Positions 18,253 to 28,990 of a stretch of 64,000 bases of DNA are shown piece by piece. The translations under genes and the position numbers were made by a program. The notes under the pieces were generated by a model, which was not told the origin of the DNA, did no database searches, and saw only the letters and a list, made by a program, of their open reading frames with translations. Position 1 is the stretch's first letter. Each line of letters opens with the position of its first letter. Origin of the DNA: Candidatus Aenigmatarchaeota archaeon (GTDB lineage Archaea; Aenigmatarchaeota; Aenigmatarchaeia; CG10238-14; SCSR01); contig JAWBWS010000001.1 of the NCBI GenBank assembly GCA_038999725.1, positions 96,001 to 160,000 on the forward strand, given 5' to 3'.

Positions 18253-20367
18253 CTAAGCTTGTGTAATTGTTATTCTCAACCCCCAAAAGACTAGAAGAGC
18301 AAGTAAGTTAACAAAACCGTATACTATTATAGCCTTTATGAGATTTTGGGAAATCTCCCAGTCTCTTGCAGTCTTATCAAAACCATTTTCTATTCCACTC
18401 AAAAGTAGGGAGAATAAAGTTACTGCTTCTACTGTGTAAATTCCTATAGCTGCTTGAAGAACTGTTAATGGCATTATATTTTCAAAACCACCGACCAAAA
18501 TGTCTATGAATGATTTTGCTCCTTCTCCGACACCTCCTGGAAAGAGTGAAGCTCCAAACATTTTTTCTATTTCCCCAAGTTTTTCAGCAAGTATCCTTAA
18601 CATTTCAAGGATGAAGATTGCTAGAGCACCTATAATTCCCGTTATCATCGGAACTATAAAACTTGCTTGTAATTTAAGTGAAGACCTTGTCTCTTCTAGC
18701 AGCTCTCTTATCTTTTCTTCAATTGCGTAAACATTCTCAAGGTATCCAGCTATAGTTTTTGCAATCATGCCCAAAAGTACCGCACTTTTCTCAGACGCAT
18801 CAGCAAGAATTTTCATTATATCATCTATGAGAACTGAAGGATAGAACTTGAGTATTCCTTCTTTCTTATCAAACAAAGCTCTTTTAAATGTCATACCAAA
18901 ATTCTTGATGTTAAGATAAAGTGTGTGAAAGAAGAAATAAGTTGGTCTTTTTTGCATCCCAAGTTTCTCATATTCTTCCAAAGTCTTCTCTATTCCAACC
19001 TCTATGGGATAACCTTCAGAAAGATAATTGCCTAAAGAGAAGAGGCCGAGCCTAAATTCCTCTTCTATATTCTTAATCTCATTCCTTATCTTGATTCTTT
19101 GAAAGCTTCTTAAGTAGAAATAAAGAATGCTTATTGCAGCAAAACCTGCTGTTATTGAAAATGTGGCAAAAAGATTTTCTGGACTCATCTTAGCTTCATT
19201 CATCAGAACACATTTCTTTGGCGATACTCCTGTTGGACAACCAAGCTTAAAGATCAAATCTGGAGGGGGGTAATTTAGGTTTATTATAAGGTCTATAAAG
19301 TGGAAAATTCCTGGTAGCATCACCAAAAAGCCTATGAGAATTGATAAGATGATTATGGGCATCCACAATTTTGCTTTACCTATACTTACTTCAAAATAAT
19401 TTTCTGGTGGCAATTTCGGATGTTTACTTATATCTGGAACCATGAAAGCTCCTGGTCTTTTGTGAAGAATTCTATTGATTAAGAAGTAGTTGAAAAGGGG
19501 TAAAATGAAGATGTAGCCTAGAATTAGTTGAGGTGTGCTAATCTGTTGGTGGAGAAAGATTGAAAGCATGGGGAACATTATCAGCCCCATCACAGGCAAT
19601 AACAAGCCCATAACATGTAAGAGCATGATTGGTGATGTTATCTCTTCTACATACTTTTTCATCTTCCCATGGGTGGATTCAAGTATGAAACTTAAAGCCT
19701 TCCTCAAAATTTCTTCTCTTCCTTTTTCTGTTGGCTCTATCAACACACCATAAATCAAGCTCAAAGCTCTCACAAAATCTTCATTCCACCAAACCCATTT
19801 TTGTGTGTATTGTCCTAAAGCATCCTCCACTGTCCTATATTTTCCAATCTGTAAATCCCACATTGCTTTTTTGATATCTTCTGTTATTGGGCCCTTTGAA
19901 TGTTGAACTGCAAAGTTGATTGCATTTTCTAAGCTTGGGTTTAACTTTAAGTAAATTGCCATATAAAGAATGATTTTTATGGCTTCATCCCCTGCTTGTA
20001 CTCTTAACACATTAGCTTTAAAAGAAGGGTAAGTATAAACGTACCAGGCCAAACCAAGAGGAATTAGAAGTAAAAAGGCAGTTGCTGAAATATCGTTAAG
20101 GTAAATAATTAAAGGTAAAATAGAAAGGAGAGAAAGAAGAAAGATAAGAATAGTTGCAGAAAAAACTCCTGTTGGAGAAACATTTAAAGAAGAAAAAACT
20201 ATGTGGAATTTCAATTTTTCTTCCATTGATTTTGATGGTGTTATTCCCAAACTTTCAGCAAACTTACAAAATTTTTCGTAAAAGCTTTTAAATCCTCTTG
20301 TTCTTTGCTCTTGAAGAAGGAATTCAAGGTATTCTTTCGAGATTCTTTTTTTCAACTTTTCTTCCAT
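18253..20367 (-). CDS. Type IV pilus membrane platform protein, copy 1 (fused TadB/TadC, ArlJ-like)
   Basis: Two TM-plus-cytoplasmic repeats (YMAIYLKLNPSLENA; YLSEGYPIE); clearly paralogous to 34232-36262. Confidence 0.8.
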   Translation of the reverse strand: MEEKLKKRISKEYLEFLLQEQRTRGFKSFYEKFCKFAESLGITPSKSMEEKLKFHIVFSSLNVSPTGVFSATILIFLLSLLSILPLIIYLNDISATAFLLLIPLGLAWYVYTYPSFKANVLRVQAGDEAIKIILYMAIYLKLNPSLENAINFAVQHSKGPITEDIKKAMWDLQIGKYRTVEDALGQYTQKWVWWNEDFVRALSLIYGVLIEPTEKGREEILRKALSFILESTHGKMKKYVEEITSPIMLLHVMGLLLPVMGLIMFPMLSIFLHQQISTPQLILGYIFILPLFNYFLINRILHKRPGAFMVPDISKHPKLPPENYFEVSIGKAKLWMPIIILSILIGFLVMLPGIFHFIDLIINLNYPPPDLIFKLGCPTGVSPKKCVLMNEAKMSPENLFATFSITAGFAAISILYFYLRSFQRIKIRNEIKNIEEEFRLGLFSLGNYLSEGYPIEVGIEKTLEEYEKLGMQKRPTYFFFHTLYLNIKNFGMTFKRALFDKKEGILKFYPSVLIDDIMKILADASEKSAVLLGMIAKTIAGYLENVYAIEEKIRELLEETRSSLKLQASFIVPMITGIIGALAIFILEMLRILAEKLGEIEKMFGASLFPGGVGEGAKSFIDILVGGFENIMPLTVLQAAIGIYTVEAVTLFSLLLSGIENGFDKTARDWEISQNLIKAIIVYGFVNLLALLVFWGLRITITQA

Positions 20368-20400
20368 AATCTAATCTTTACTTTCTAGAGAAATAAGCAC

Positions 20401-21294
20401 TTATAACTGCTTTTTTAAATCTTTGACAGCTTGGTTGATGTAATTTTGGGCTTGTTTTACATCAGCTTGCTGTATAGCTTCTGACAATAGAGCCCCTGTA
20501 GAAGATGGAATTACATCAGCAAACCTTTGTAGAATAGATGGTGCTTGGTTTTTAATTGTGTTAAGATCTGCATTTTGTAGTGCCTCAACTTCTTTTAGTG
20601 CATCTTTCAATCTCTCCCTTCTTATATCTGTCAGCTTTTTAAGTGCTGCTTCTTCTTTTACAACAATACCAGCCCCACGCAATAAAGCTCCAAGAATAAA
20701 AGTTGCTGTGAATATTACAACAGACCAAATACCCATAAAACTGAAAAGTATCCAAACTATTTTCACAAACCACCCTAAGGGAATTGTCATGAATGCTATT
20801 ATAAGGGCAAGAATTCTATCCACTCTTCCCAATCCTTCAAAAATCTTAAGTGAATTTAGGGAAGACCAAACAAGTGTATAAATTGCAGCAAAGGGTAAAA
20901 TGAAAAGGTAAATTATCGCCGGTACATAACCCCACTCTTCTGGTAGACCAATAAGCTTCAATACATCTATAGCTGCTTTTGGCAATGGTTGATATTTAAA
21001 ACTTTCTGGAGTTTCCATATATTCTGGAAACGGAATATATTGTGGTATAATGAACATGAGTACTATCAGAATAAGAAAAAGTATAGTAGCAATCGATAAC
21101 CTGCCGCTTGGTCTTGGCAACACTCCACCCATCATGAGTAAAATCCATATGAAGATGAGGATAAAAATCACACCAACAAATTGTGAGAGAAGTGAAGATA
21201 TTTGAGAAACTATCTGAGAAGCAACATCTTGAGCAAGAACTGGGTTGCTAAAAATAAGTATGAATAACCAAAACAAAAAGATTTTTTTCATCAT
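20401..21294 (-). CDS. Multi-pass membrane protein (LPF..Y family) with C-terminal coiled coil
   Basis: Several TM helices; FILPFAAIYTLVW...IF...ILALIIAF. Confidence 0.7.
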   Translation of the reverse strand: MMKKIFLFWLFILIFSNPVLAQDVASQIVSQISSLLSQFVGVIFILIFIWILLMMGGVLPRPSGRLSIATILFLILIVLMFIIPQYIPFPEYMETPESFKYQPLPKAAIDVLKLIGLPEEWGYVPAIIYLFILPFAAIYTLVWSSLNSLKIFEGLGRVDRILALIIAFMTIPLGWFVKIVWILFSFMGIWSVVIFTATFILGALLRGAGIVVKEEAALKKLTDIRRERLKDALKEVEALQNADLNTIKNQAPSILQRFADVIPSSTGALLSEAIQQADVKQAQNYINQAVKDLKKQL

Positions 21295-21344
21295 AAATTT
21301 TACTTGAACTTTCATGAATATAAGTTTAATTTATTATTTATCTT

Positions 21345-21593
21345 TTAGATCTTTTTTCTAGAAAAGTACAATAGAGCTAGGGAAAAAATGATAAAAAGGA
21401 AAATAAATAGAAACGCTAGAACTTGTACAAGACTCTCAAAATAATAAATAGAAGCAAAAAGTACGTAAAAAGCTGTTAGAAATGATATTATAAAGCTCAC
21501 ATTAGATTGAAAAATCTTAATTTTTCTCAACAATCCATAAAAAAGTAAAAATGAAAGAAGGGGGAGTAAAAATTGAAAGATTGTTTTGATCAT
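21345..21593 (-). CDS. Small membrane protein (LPF..YGLLRK family)
   Basis: LLPLLSFLLFYGLLRKIKIF; ATGA overlap with the upstream gene. Confidence 0.7.
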   Translation of the reverse strand: MIKTIFQFLLPLLSFLLFYGLLRKIKIFQSNVSFIISFLTAFYVLFASIYYFESLVQVLAFLFIFLFIIFSLALLYFSRKKI

Positions 21594-22126
21594 TGGCTTC
21601 TACCTATCCCACCCATGGTTTCTTCATATTTTTTATACCACTCATAATCATGAAGATTTATACCTAACTTTTCGGCTATTGGTTTAATCTTCTCAACCTC
21701 GTTTTTCATCTCTCCTAATAACATTAATTTCTTATTAATATCTTTTTCTGATTCAAATCTTTCCCATATTTTCTTACAATTTTCTACTCCTTCCTCAAAT
21801 TTTTTCTTATCTCCTTTTACTTCCTCTTCATAAAAAGCTACTTTCTTTAGAGCATAATTACCTATACCATATACATACACTAATAAGAAGCTTGCGATAG
21901 TTAAGAAGGTTGCGAGGAAAGGAAGCCATGTTGTAAGGCCCATATAATATAAAGAGGAGATGCTTAAGGCGGAAATGACTAAAGCCAAAAGCAAGTTAAG
22001 TCTTTCAGTTTTTTCTCCAAAAATACTTGATTTTCTTAACAAAGCATAAATCAGTAGAGAAAAAAATAGATATGGTAGGAATATTGAAAAAACAACAGTT
22101 TGGATGGAAAGTCCAAATACTTCCAT
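21590..22126 (-). CDS. Membrane protein (LPY..YALLRKS family) with charged C-terminus
   Basis: LPYLFFSLLIYALLRKSSIFG; probable ATG at 22126. Confidence 0.7.
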   Translation of the reverse strand: MEVFGLSIQTVVFSIFLPYLFFSLLIYALLRKSSIFGEKTERLNLLLALVISALSISSLYYMGLTTWLPFLATFLTIASFLLVYVYGIGNYALKKVAFYEEEVKGDKKKFEEGVENCKKIWERFESEKDINKKLMLLGEMKNEVEKIKPIAEKLGINLHDYEWYKKYEETMGGIGRSQ

Positions 22127-22486
22127 AAAATGTATTTGTGAGAAAGGATAAAAATTGACTTTTGATTGAGACTCCAAAGTTAAAATAATTACTTAAAGTG
22201 TTTTCTGGTATTGAAAAAGTAAGAACACTTGTAAGAAAAATAGTGGCCAAAAAGATTATTTTATTCAGCAACTGGAATGTGGTGTTAATGAATATCAAAT
22301 TCTTTTTCAATCAGCCTTTTATTTCTTCTTTTCTAAAACTTAGTTTAAGCCATTAATAACCCAACTGTTTTTATTTCTCTTCAATATTTACAAAAATTTT
22401 TGTTCATCTTAAACATAAAAGCCCCACAAAATCTAGTTGACAACACAGAAAAGTTTAAATAGTTAACGTTTTAATTTTTTACCAAG

Positions 22487-23503
22487 GTGGAAAAAATGAA
22501 AAGAATGGGTAAAAAGAGTGGGGAAGTATCTGGTGAGAATAATATAACTTTCACAACAGGTACAGAAAACTTGGTAGTTTCCTTCCCACTTCAAGTAGAA
22601 AGAAAACCTTACATGGCCTATAAAATTGATGGTGCATATCTTCTTCTGGAAGAGAGTATCGCTCCTCAAGTAATACCACAAGAATTTTCTGTAACTATAA
22701 AAGAAATTAAAGAAAAGATTTCAAACCTAGAAACAACTCTTTATAAAATATTTCCCTCAGAACTTATAAAGTCGAGTGAAAAAACAAATTCCAGAAAAAA
22801 CAAAAGTAATAATAAAGAATCCTTTCTTGAGATTTATATTAGGAGGATAGTTAAAGAAGAATTGGGAAAATATCTTCAAGAACAGAATAAAATACTTAGT
22901 GAGTATCAAGTGCGATTATCCGAACTTGAGAGAAAAATAATGGAACTACCAAATATAGTTCTCAAAACGTTAGAAGATAGAATGAAACCGAAGATAGAAA
23001 ATGAAGATAAACAAAAAAAAGCAAAAACTCCTCCACAACCTATTTTACAACCCATTTCACAACTCAAATTTGTTACCCCACCAATGAAAAAGATGAACAT
23101 TTCAATCACACAAGAAATGGCAACAGAATTTGATGAGTTGCTCAAACGATATACCACGCCTAAGAAGTATTTCTCTGAAGGAAGTTTATCAGATGATACC
23201 TTACTGGAGATATGGAAATTAAGTTACGAGCTTCTAGAAAAAGATAGAAACAAAGAAATAAAAGGCCCTCTACTTATTTGGTATGCTCGTGGATTTAAAG
23301 GCTATCCAAGAAACTACGTACCTCTTGTGGTTTATCAACGTATGTTCACATACTTCCCAAATGAAGGCCCATTTGAATACACAGGAATAACTGAAGATGA
23401 AAAGAAAGTTTGGGAAGAATTTTTATGTAAATTTACACCTGAGCAATCTCAAAAATATATAAAAAATATAATAGTTGGAGCGGCTCCTCCCGAAGACAAC
23501 TAA
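22487..23503 (+). CDS. Hypothetical soluble protein with coiled coil
   Basis: 338-aa open frame; no family recognised. Confidence 0.6.
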   Translation: MEKMKRMGKKSGEVSGENNITFTTGTENLVVSFPLQVERKPYMAYKIDGAYLLLEESIAPQVIPQEFSVTIKEIKEKISNLETTLYKIFPSELIKSSEKTNSRKNKSNNKESFLEIYIRRIVKEELGKYLQEQNKILSEYQVRLSELERKIMELPNIVLKTLEDRMKPKIENEDKQKKAKTPPQPILQPISQLKFVTPPMKKMNISITQEMATEFDELLKRYTTPKKYFSEGSLSDDTLLEIWKLSYELLEKDRNKEIKGPLLIWYARGFKGYPRNYVPLVVYQRMFTYFPNEGPFEYTGITEDEKKVWEEFLCKFTPEQSQKYIKNIIVGAAPPEDN

Positions 23504-23507
23504 GAAG

Positions 23508-24473
23508 TCAAAACTTTTTTAATACTTTATTTATTGCTTTATCACTAGGATTGGATATAAGATCTAAAATGATCCGCCTAACTCCTTCTCTTATAGCAGG
23601 TGAGAGTCGAGATAGGGGCGAGTCTGGGCTATTTGCTAAAGTAGTTAGTGCATCTCTTCTTGCAGATGGAGTTCCAAGCTTTTTAATCTCCTCCAATTTC
23701 ATCTTTATTTCTTTTATCACTTCTTTGTCTATACCCATTTCTATCATTACAGCTTTTCTTGTCTCTTCTGCCATTTGCTCGATACCGTACCAACCTTCCA
23801 TCATCTTTTGCACTCCTTTCGTGAATAAAATTGCTCCAAACACTCCTGCCAGTCCCCAAGCACCATACCCATAAAAATCGAGAAGGAAAAAACCAAAGAT
23901 TTGTCTGCTAGAAAACATAGCTATGATGAAAGATAAGACAACACTAACCCATTTCACATTAAAGAAGTCCTCAATTCCCACACCCTTCATCAAACCATAA
24001 AGGAATGTCCAAATAAACGCAAAAGGCAACAAGATGTAAAAGAGGAAGAATACATTCCATTCAAGACTTGAATAACTTTTGGGATATCGCCCAAGCGTTG
24101 TACATGACCATACCGCAAGTATATCCCATACTTCTGTTGGTTTTTCTTTGCTTCCAAAAAGACTTGTACAAATTTCTAAAGTAATTTCAATCGGTTTGTA
24201 TTCAACAAACACCATTTTTAAAATACCTAATTCTAAGATTATCACAAGAGTGAAAAGAAAGAAACAACTGAGCTCCCTGAATATTTTCCCCCATTTATAT
24301 GGAAGAAAGCCACTCACAAGAAGTGGTAATGAAGTAAGTAATATGACTGGCCAGATAAAAGGATAAAAATTTGGTGGTATTTGTATGTCTAGTGCTGGAA
24401 GAATAATAAAAGCTAATATCCAAAAGACAATTAGGAATACTACTCCAGTAAGTATCGGGGCAAATTTTACCAT
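23508..24473 (-). CDS. Multi-pass membrane protein (LPF..YG family)
   Basis: YILLPFAFIWTFLYGLM; architecture similar to 20401-21294. Confidence 0.7.
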   Translation of the reverse strand: MVKFAPILTGVVFLIVFWILAFIILPALDIQIPPNFYPFIWPVILLTSLPLLVSGFLPYKWGKIFRELSCFFLFTLVIILELGILKMVFVEYKPIEITLEICTSLFGSKEKPTEVWDILAVWSCTTLGRYPKSYSSLEWNVFFLFYILLPFAFIWTFLYGLMKGVGIEDFFNVKWVSVVLSFIIAMFSSRQIFGFFLLDFYGYGAWGLAGVFGAILFTKGVQKMMEGWYGIEQMAEETRKAVMIEMGIDKEVIKEIKMKLEEIKKLGTPSARRDALTTLANSPDSPLSRLSPAIREGVRRIILDLISNPSDKAINKVLKKF

Positions 24474-24518
24474 TAATTAATTATTAGAAGTTTGTAGTTA
24501 AATTATTAAAAAGAGTGG

Positions 24519-25739
24519 ATGTTTGATAGCTACAAGTCTTTTAAAGAATATATGAGATGGTCCATTCTCTCTCACTTAGATTCCATAGGAAAAATTAAAC
24601 ATGTTTTAGATTACGAAGTTGTTGTTAAAAACAAAATTTGTAGTGTAAGTAGCCTTGCAAACATGTATTGTATACTTGATGTCGATTTTACACTTACAAA
24701 AGATAGCAGTATATTTGAGGAATTTTATTACAATAGTCTGCCCGAAGTGAACAAAAACATAAAGAGAGATTTACAGATGATAAAAAAGATTATAAAGGAT
24801 ATTGGTAGCTCACCGTCAGATTTTAGTGAACCTCATGCAAAGTTGGATAAATTCCTTAGAAAATGTGAACTCACAAAAGAACAAGTTATAGAAGCTGCCG
24901 TGATGACGGGGGAAAGTAAAAATGTGAAAATAATTCCATATGCTTTTGAAGCTATAATCGAGCTTGAAAAAATAAATTGTAAAGTGGGGTTAAACACGGG
25001 TTCTGTTAAAGAAGTGGTAGAAGAAGTTTCAAGAAAAAAGATTGGGATTGAGACAAAAAATATTGCAGCAACAAGATTTTTTTATGATAAAAGGGGTGTT
25101 TTCTTAAAATCATGGCTAAATCTTGGAAAAAATAAAGAAATCAGCATGAGTAACTATTTCTTACCAGAAGCTTATTGTGATTTATCAATAACCACTCATC
25201 CAGAACTACCGAAAATTATTTATGTAGCTGATAAAACTCTTTCCCCCTTTGAAAGGTATGTTGCCGCAAAAGTTGGCTCATGTTTAGGGATTGTTTTGGA
25301 AGTTGGGGAGAACATTTACAAAAGAAATGAAGAATTTGAGTATGTGGTTAATGCAATAGAAATTAGAGAAGATTTGAGAAAAATTAAAGACTATGTACAA
25401 GCTTACAGGATAGCAACTATTTATCCTTTCCTTATAAAACCTGAAGAAGCTTATGAAGCAATAAAACTCGCGGAAGAAATAAACCTGTCGAACTTTAAGA
25501 ACTTTGAAGAACTTTTGTGTAAAATTCAAGATTTCATATCTTTAGAAATTTTGTTCCCAACTTTAACAACAAAAATCGATAAAAAATTGAGAGGGTTAAA
25601 AGAAAAACTAGGAATTGGTCTGAAAAGAGAAGATGTTGAAGAAATAGTGAATATTTTGAAATCTTTTGACTTTACATTTCATGTTAAAAAAGAGAGGAAG
25701 GAAGAACTTGAGTGGATTATTCACTCAGCCTATCAATGA
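24519..25739 (+). CDS. Divergent HAD-superfamily hydrolase
   Basis: ILDVDFTLT (DxDxT), LNTGS (motif II), GKNK (motif III), degenerate motif IV YVADK. Confidence 0.55.
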   Translation: MFDSYKSFKEYMRWSILSHLDSIGKIKHVLDYEVVVKNKICSVSSLANMYCILDVDFTLTKDSSIFEEFYYNSLPEVNKNIKRDLQMIKKIIKDIGSSPSDFSEPHAKLDKFLRKCELTKEQVIEAAVMTGESKNVKIIPYAFEAIIELEKINCKVGLNTGSVKEVVEEVSRKKIGIETKNIAATRFFYDKRGVFLKSWLNLGKNKEISMSNYFLPEAYCDLSITTHPELPKIIYVADKTLSPFERYVAAKVGSCLGIVLEVGENIYKRNEEFEYVVNAIEIREDLRKIKDYVQAYRIATIYPFLIKPEEAYEAIKLAEEINLSNFKNFEELLCKIQDFISLEILFPTLTTKIDKKLRGLKEKLGIGLKREDVEEIVNILKSFDFTFHVKKERKEELEWIIHSAYQ

Positions 25740-26667
25740 TTTTTTTCCTTATCCTCTCTATCCCTTTTTCTTTTTCATTCACATAGTCTATTATTTCCAT
25801 TGCTATTTTTTGGTATAAAAGCCTAAAACTTTCCTCACTTAATGGCAAATTTTCTTTACATATCTTATCTAGTTCTTCTGTTTTCAAAAGTGACTTATAG
25901 AATTCTTCTTGTGTAAGATTTGCTTCTTCTAGTTTTTCTTTCAATTTTTTCCTCTCCATTTTCAAATTTAAGTATGGTTCAAAAAGATTTCCCGCCATTT
26001 CTTTTAGTTTATTCGCATATTCTTTTATTTCCAAGTAAAGTTCTGGGAGCATTATTTCGACCTTTGGCTCCCATTTTTCTTTTCTTTTCTGTTTGAAAAT
26101 ATCAATAAAAACTTTTTTCTCATCAACTATTATTTCATAATTCGTTCTTAGTTTTGAAACACCAGGCAAAAACAAGAAATCTTTAGGATTAAAGGCTATG
26201 TAGATTTCAGAAGGATTGAATGAAGAAGTTAAAGGTACATATACTTCTATGCCTTTCGCCTTTAATTCGACGTCATAATATCTCACAATAACATCAAGCT
26301 CTATTGAAAGTCCATCAATATCTATGTTATAGAAACTAAACAAAAGTGGATGGAAACCAACCCAATTTTCTCTTACATCTTCTCTAATCAAGATTGTTTT
26401 ATTTTGAGTCTTTTCAAAAATTTCTTTCATGTAAGGATAAATCTTCTCTCTTATGTCTGTATAACTTATATCTGAAAAAATAGGTCCACCAAACTCTCTA
26501 AAAAACAGGCAATTTAAAATAACTTGGAGGTAGACATCAACCTCTTCTATACAGCTAGGGGCATCTTCAAAAACCGATAGCCTTTCTAAAAGAAGCTTGG
26601 GATTCTCATAATATTTTGCTATGATTTCAAGTATTTTTGAAATCCTTTCCAGTTTTAAATTACTCAT
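25717..26667 (-). CDS. Hypothetical protein
   Basis: 316-aa ORF; no recognised motif. Confidence 0.6.
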   Translation of the reverse strand: MSNLKLERISKILEIIAKYYENPKLLLERLSVFEDAPSCIEEVDVYLQVILNCLFFREFGGPIFSDISYTDIREKIYPYMKEIFEKTQNKTILIREDVRENWVGFHPLLFSFYNIDIDGLSIELDVIVRYYDVELKAKGIEVYVPLTSSFNPSEIYIAFNPKDFLFLPGVSKLRTNYEIIVDEKKVFIDIFKQKRKEKWEPKVEIMLPELYLEIKEYANKLKEMAGNLFEPYLNLKMERKKLKEKLEEANLTQEEFYKSLLKTEELDKICKENLPLSEESFRLLYQKIAMEIIDYVNEKEKGIERIRKKIIDRLSE

Positions 26668-26720
26668 AATAAAAATTCAAGGAAAATAAACATAAATTTT
26701 ATCCTAATAAATAAGTTATT

Positions 26721-27566
26721 ATGAAGGTTTGTCTGTTATTCTTATCGTTATTAATCATTGTTATATTTATTTCAGGTTGTATTTCTCAAGAAGAGAAAAA
26801 AGTAGCTGGCGTTGGTTTAAGCTCCACACTTACTGTTGATGTAAAAGAAGTAAAAGCTTCTACACCCATGAGCTTTATTTTGACAGTTAAAAATCTTGCT
26901 TCCGAAGCAGCAGAAGACATCTCGGTACATCTTACAAACTTAACTGATTGGAAGATAGAAAATGAGATTCAAAGATTAGAAAGCCTCCCTCCAAATGATT
27001 TGTATAAATTCTCTTGGGTGGCTTATGCTCCTCAACAAAATGGAATTTTTATTCCAACTTCAAACATTTTCTATTTCATGAAAACAAGAGCAAATTTAAA
27101 GATAAGAGTTTATGATAATGAGTATTTGAATACATTAAAACAAGAAGAAAGGGTAAAAATAAAAGAAAGATCTGCTGTGCTGTCTTATGTAGCAAGTAAA
27201 AACACACCAATAACCATACAAGTAAGTCTTCAACAACCTTTTATTTTAACGCGCTACAAGGAAACTTTTTCTTTTGTCTTGGAAATAAAAAATGTCGGTC
27301 TTGGTGAAGTTTATAGCGAGTTGAGCACTTACCCTCCTTATGATGGAAGTAAAGATTATTTAACTTTTGAATTCAATGGAAATGCTACAATAGAATGCGA
27401 TTATGAAAGCTATAGTTTGATAAAATTAAGTAACAATAGTAAAAACATTGTTTGTAGGGTTATAGTAACGAAAGACGAATTGGATAATTATGTAGATTTT
27501 TCCATTGATTTTGTGACAAGCTACAAGTACCTTGACAAAGCAACGACAAAAATTGAAGTTAAATAA
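26721..27566 (+). CDS. Putative lipoprotein with Ig-like/CARDB-like domains
   Basis: ISG|C lipobox-like motif; FILTVKN and FVLEIKNVGLG beta-strand motifs. Confidence 0.65.
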   Translation: MKVCLLFLSLLIIVIFISGCISQEEKKVAGVGLSSTLTVDVKEVKASTPMSFILTVKNLASEAAEDISVHLTNLTDWKIENEIQRLESLPPNDLYKFSWVAYAPQQNGIFIPTSNIFYFMKTRANLKIRVYDNEYLNTLKQEERVKIKERSAVLSYVASKNTPITIQVSLQQPFILTRYKETFSFVLEIKNVGLGEVYSELSTYPPYDGSKDYLTFEFNGNATIECDYESYSLIKLSNNSKNIVCRVIVTKDELDNYVDFSIDFVTSYKYLDKATTKIEVK

Positions 27567-27604
27567 ATCCTTGTTTTTTAAATTTGTAAAACCAACTTCA
27601 TTTT

Positions 27605-28591
27605 ATGGAAGATGTTAGCCTGGTGCTTGTTATTTGTCTAATAGCTGTTATTGTTATTGGCTGCTACTTAATTTATGAAAGTTTAAAAACCAAGGTTGTT
27701 ATCGAGGTTTCAAAGCCGAGCATACCAAAATTTGCTGATCTCAATTTCTTTTTTGGAACTGAAAGTGAAGAAGGTCTCCCCACACGATTTTTGGATATAA
27801 AAAAAGGATATTTTGAGTTTCCTTTCAATGTTAAAAATTTGTTCAACGAAAAAGTTAGGGTTAAAATCTGTCCAAAAATTGTTACTAAAAGTTTAGATTT
27901 GACATCTTCCATAGAAATTGATTGTTTAGAACTTGAATTGAATAAAGGTGAAGGTAAAAAATTGAATATAAAAATCCCATTCTCTGGAAAAGAAGAAGAA
28001 CTTTTAAATTCAACGAAAACTGTTTTAAGAGTAGAAGTGGAGTATACGGGCCTAATAAGCAGCTTCTGTGATTTGTATTTATTCGTTGGCTACCCATACT
28101 GTGAAGTTTCAGATTCAGCTTCCCTCAAAATATCACCAGACTTAAGACCTAACCCAATAAATTTGGATAAAGATGAAAAATTCTCTGTTTATCTAAAGAT
28201 AAGAAAATTTTCAGAATTCCTTGAACTTGAAAGGGTAGAAATCTTACCAATTGAAACCAAAGTCAGGATAATTTCTTATGGTAAAGAAAGGGTAGAAACA
28301 ATAACCCTTGAAGAAAATTATAGCTCTGAGTTATCTTATGTTGTTTCTTTGCCTGAAGACTACATCTTCTTACATGAGTTCAATGCCCCAAAGATAAGAG
28401 TCGAAGAAGGTGAAAAAAAAGAATACATAAATATAAGATGTGAAGATGAAGCCGTAAAGAAACTTAAGATTTGTGAGCTTAGATTTAAAGATGAAAAAGT
28501 CGATCAAGCATTCAGGAAACTTACCTTAGAATTAAAATTATTTTTCCTAAGCAAAAGATCAATAGAAGAGAATCTGCAGGTAACTAAGTAA
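27605..28591 (+). CDS. Membrane-anchored beta-rich surface protein
   Basis: N-terminal TM helix; FNVKN and VEVEY motifs resembling the upstream gene. Confidence 0.6.
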   Translation: MEDVSLVLVICLIAVIVIGCYLIYESLKTKVVIEVSKPSIPKFADLNFFFGTESEEGLPTRFLDIKKGYFEFPFNVKNLFNEKVRVKICPKIVTKSLDLTSSIEIDCLELELNKGEGKKLNIKIPFSGKEEELLNSTKTVLRVEVEYTGLISSFCDLYLFVGYPYCEVSDSASLKISPDLRPNPINLDKDEKFSVYLKIRKFSEFLELERVEILPIETKVRIISYGKERVETITLEENYSSELSYVVSLPEDYIFLHEFNAPKIRVEEGEKKEYINIRCEDEAVKKLKICELRFKDEKVDQAFRKLTLELKLFFLSKRSIEENLQVTK

Positions 28592-28940
28592 CTTGGCAGT
28601 TACAGCTCTTTAAACAAAGGTCAAAATTCTTGTACTCGAAGAATTCGCAAACTTCTCCAAATGTTGCTTTGTTTATATCAGCATTTCTGTTGTTCGGGTC
28701 TGGTAGCCTTTTGCCTATTTGATCATAAAAGATTCCGCTCTTTTCATATTCTAAGTTTGGCATGTAAGCGTTGATGCATCCTCTTACATTCATTTCTCTA
28801 CAAAGCTCTTGATGCCCTGTTATTCTAAATATCCAAGTTTTAAACGGCCCAAACTGACCGCCAAACAAAGCAATAACAGCTACTGCCACCACTATGATTA
28901 TTACAAGAGCTGCAACTATCCAAAAAGTTTGCTCAGCCAT
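28584..28940 (-). CDS. Pilin-like protein with 6-Cys domain, no basic leader
   Basis: MAEQTF plus helix; Cys pattern shared with 33018-33269. Confidence 0.65.
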   Translation of the reverse strand: MAEQTFWIVAALVIIIVVAVAVIALFGGQFGPFKTWIFRITGHQELCREMNVRGCINAYMPNLEYEKSGIFYDQIGKRLPDPNNRNADINKATFGEVCEFFEYKNFDLCLKSCNCQVT

Positions 28941-28990
28941 GAATAAATTTTAATTTTACTGTAATTTAAATTTAAATTTGTTTGATGAAT

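Noticed and set aside
22005..22310. 101-aa minus-strand ORF
   Set aside because: It overlaps the 21590 gene in another frame and looks like AT-rich noise, though it cannot be fully excluded.
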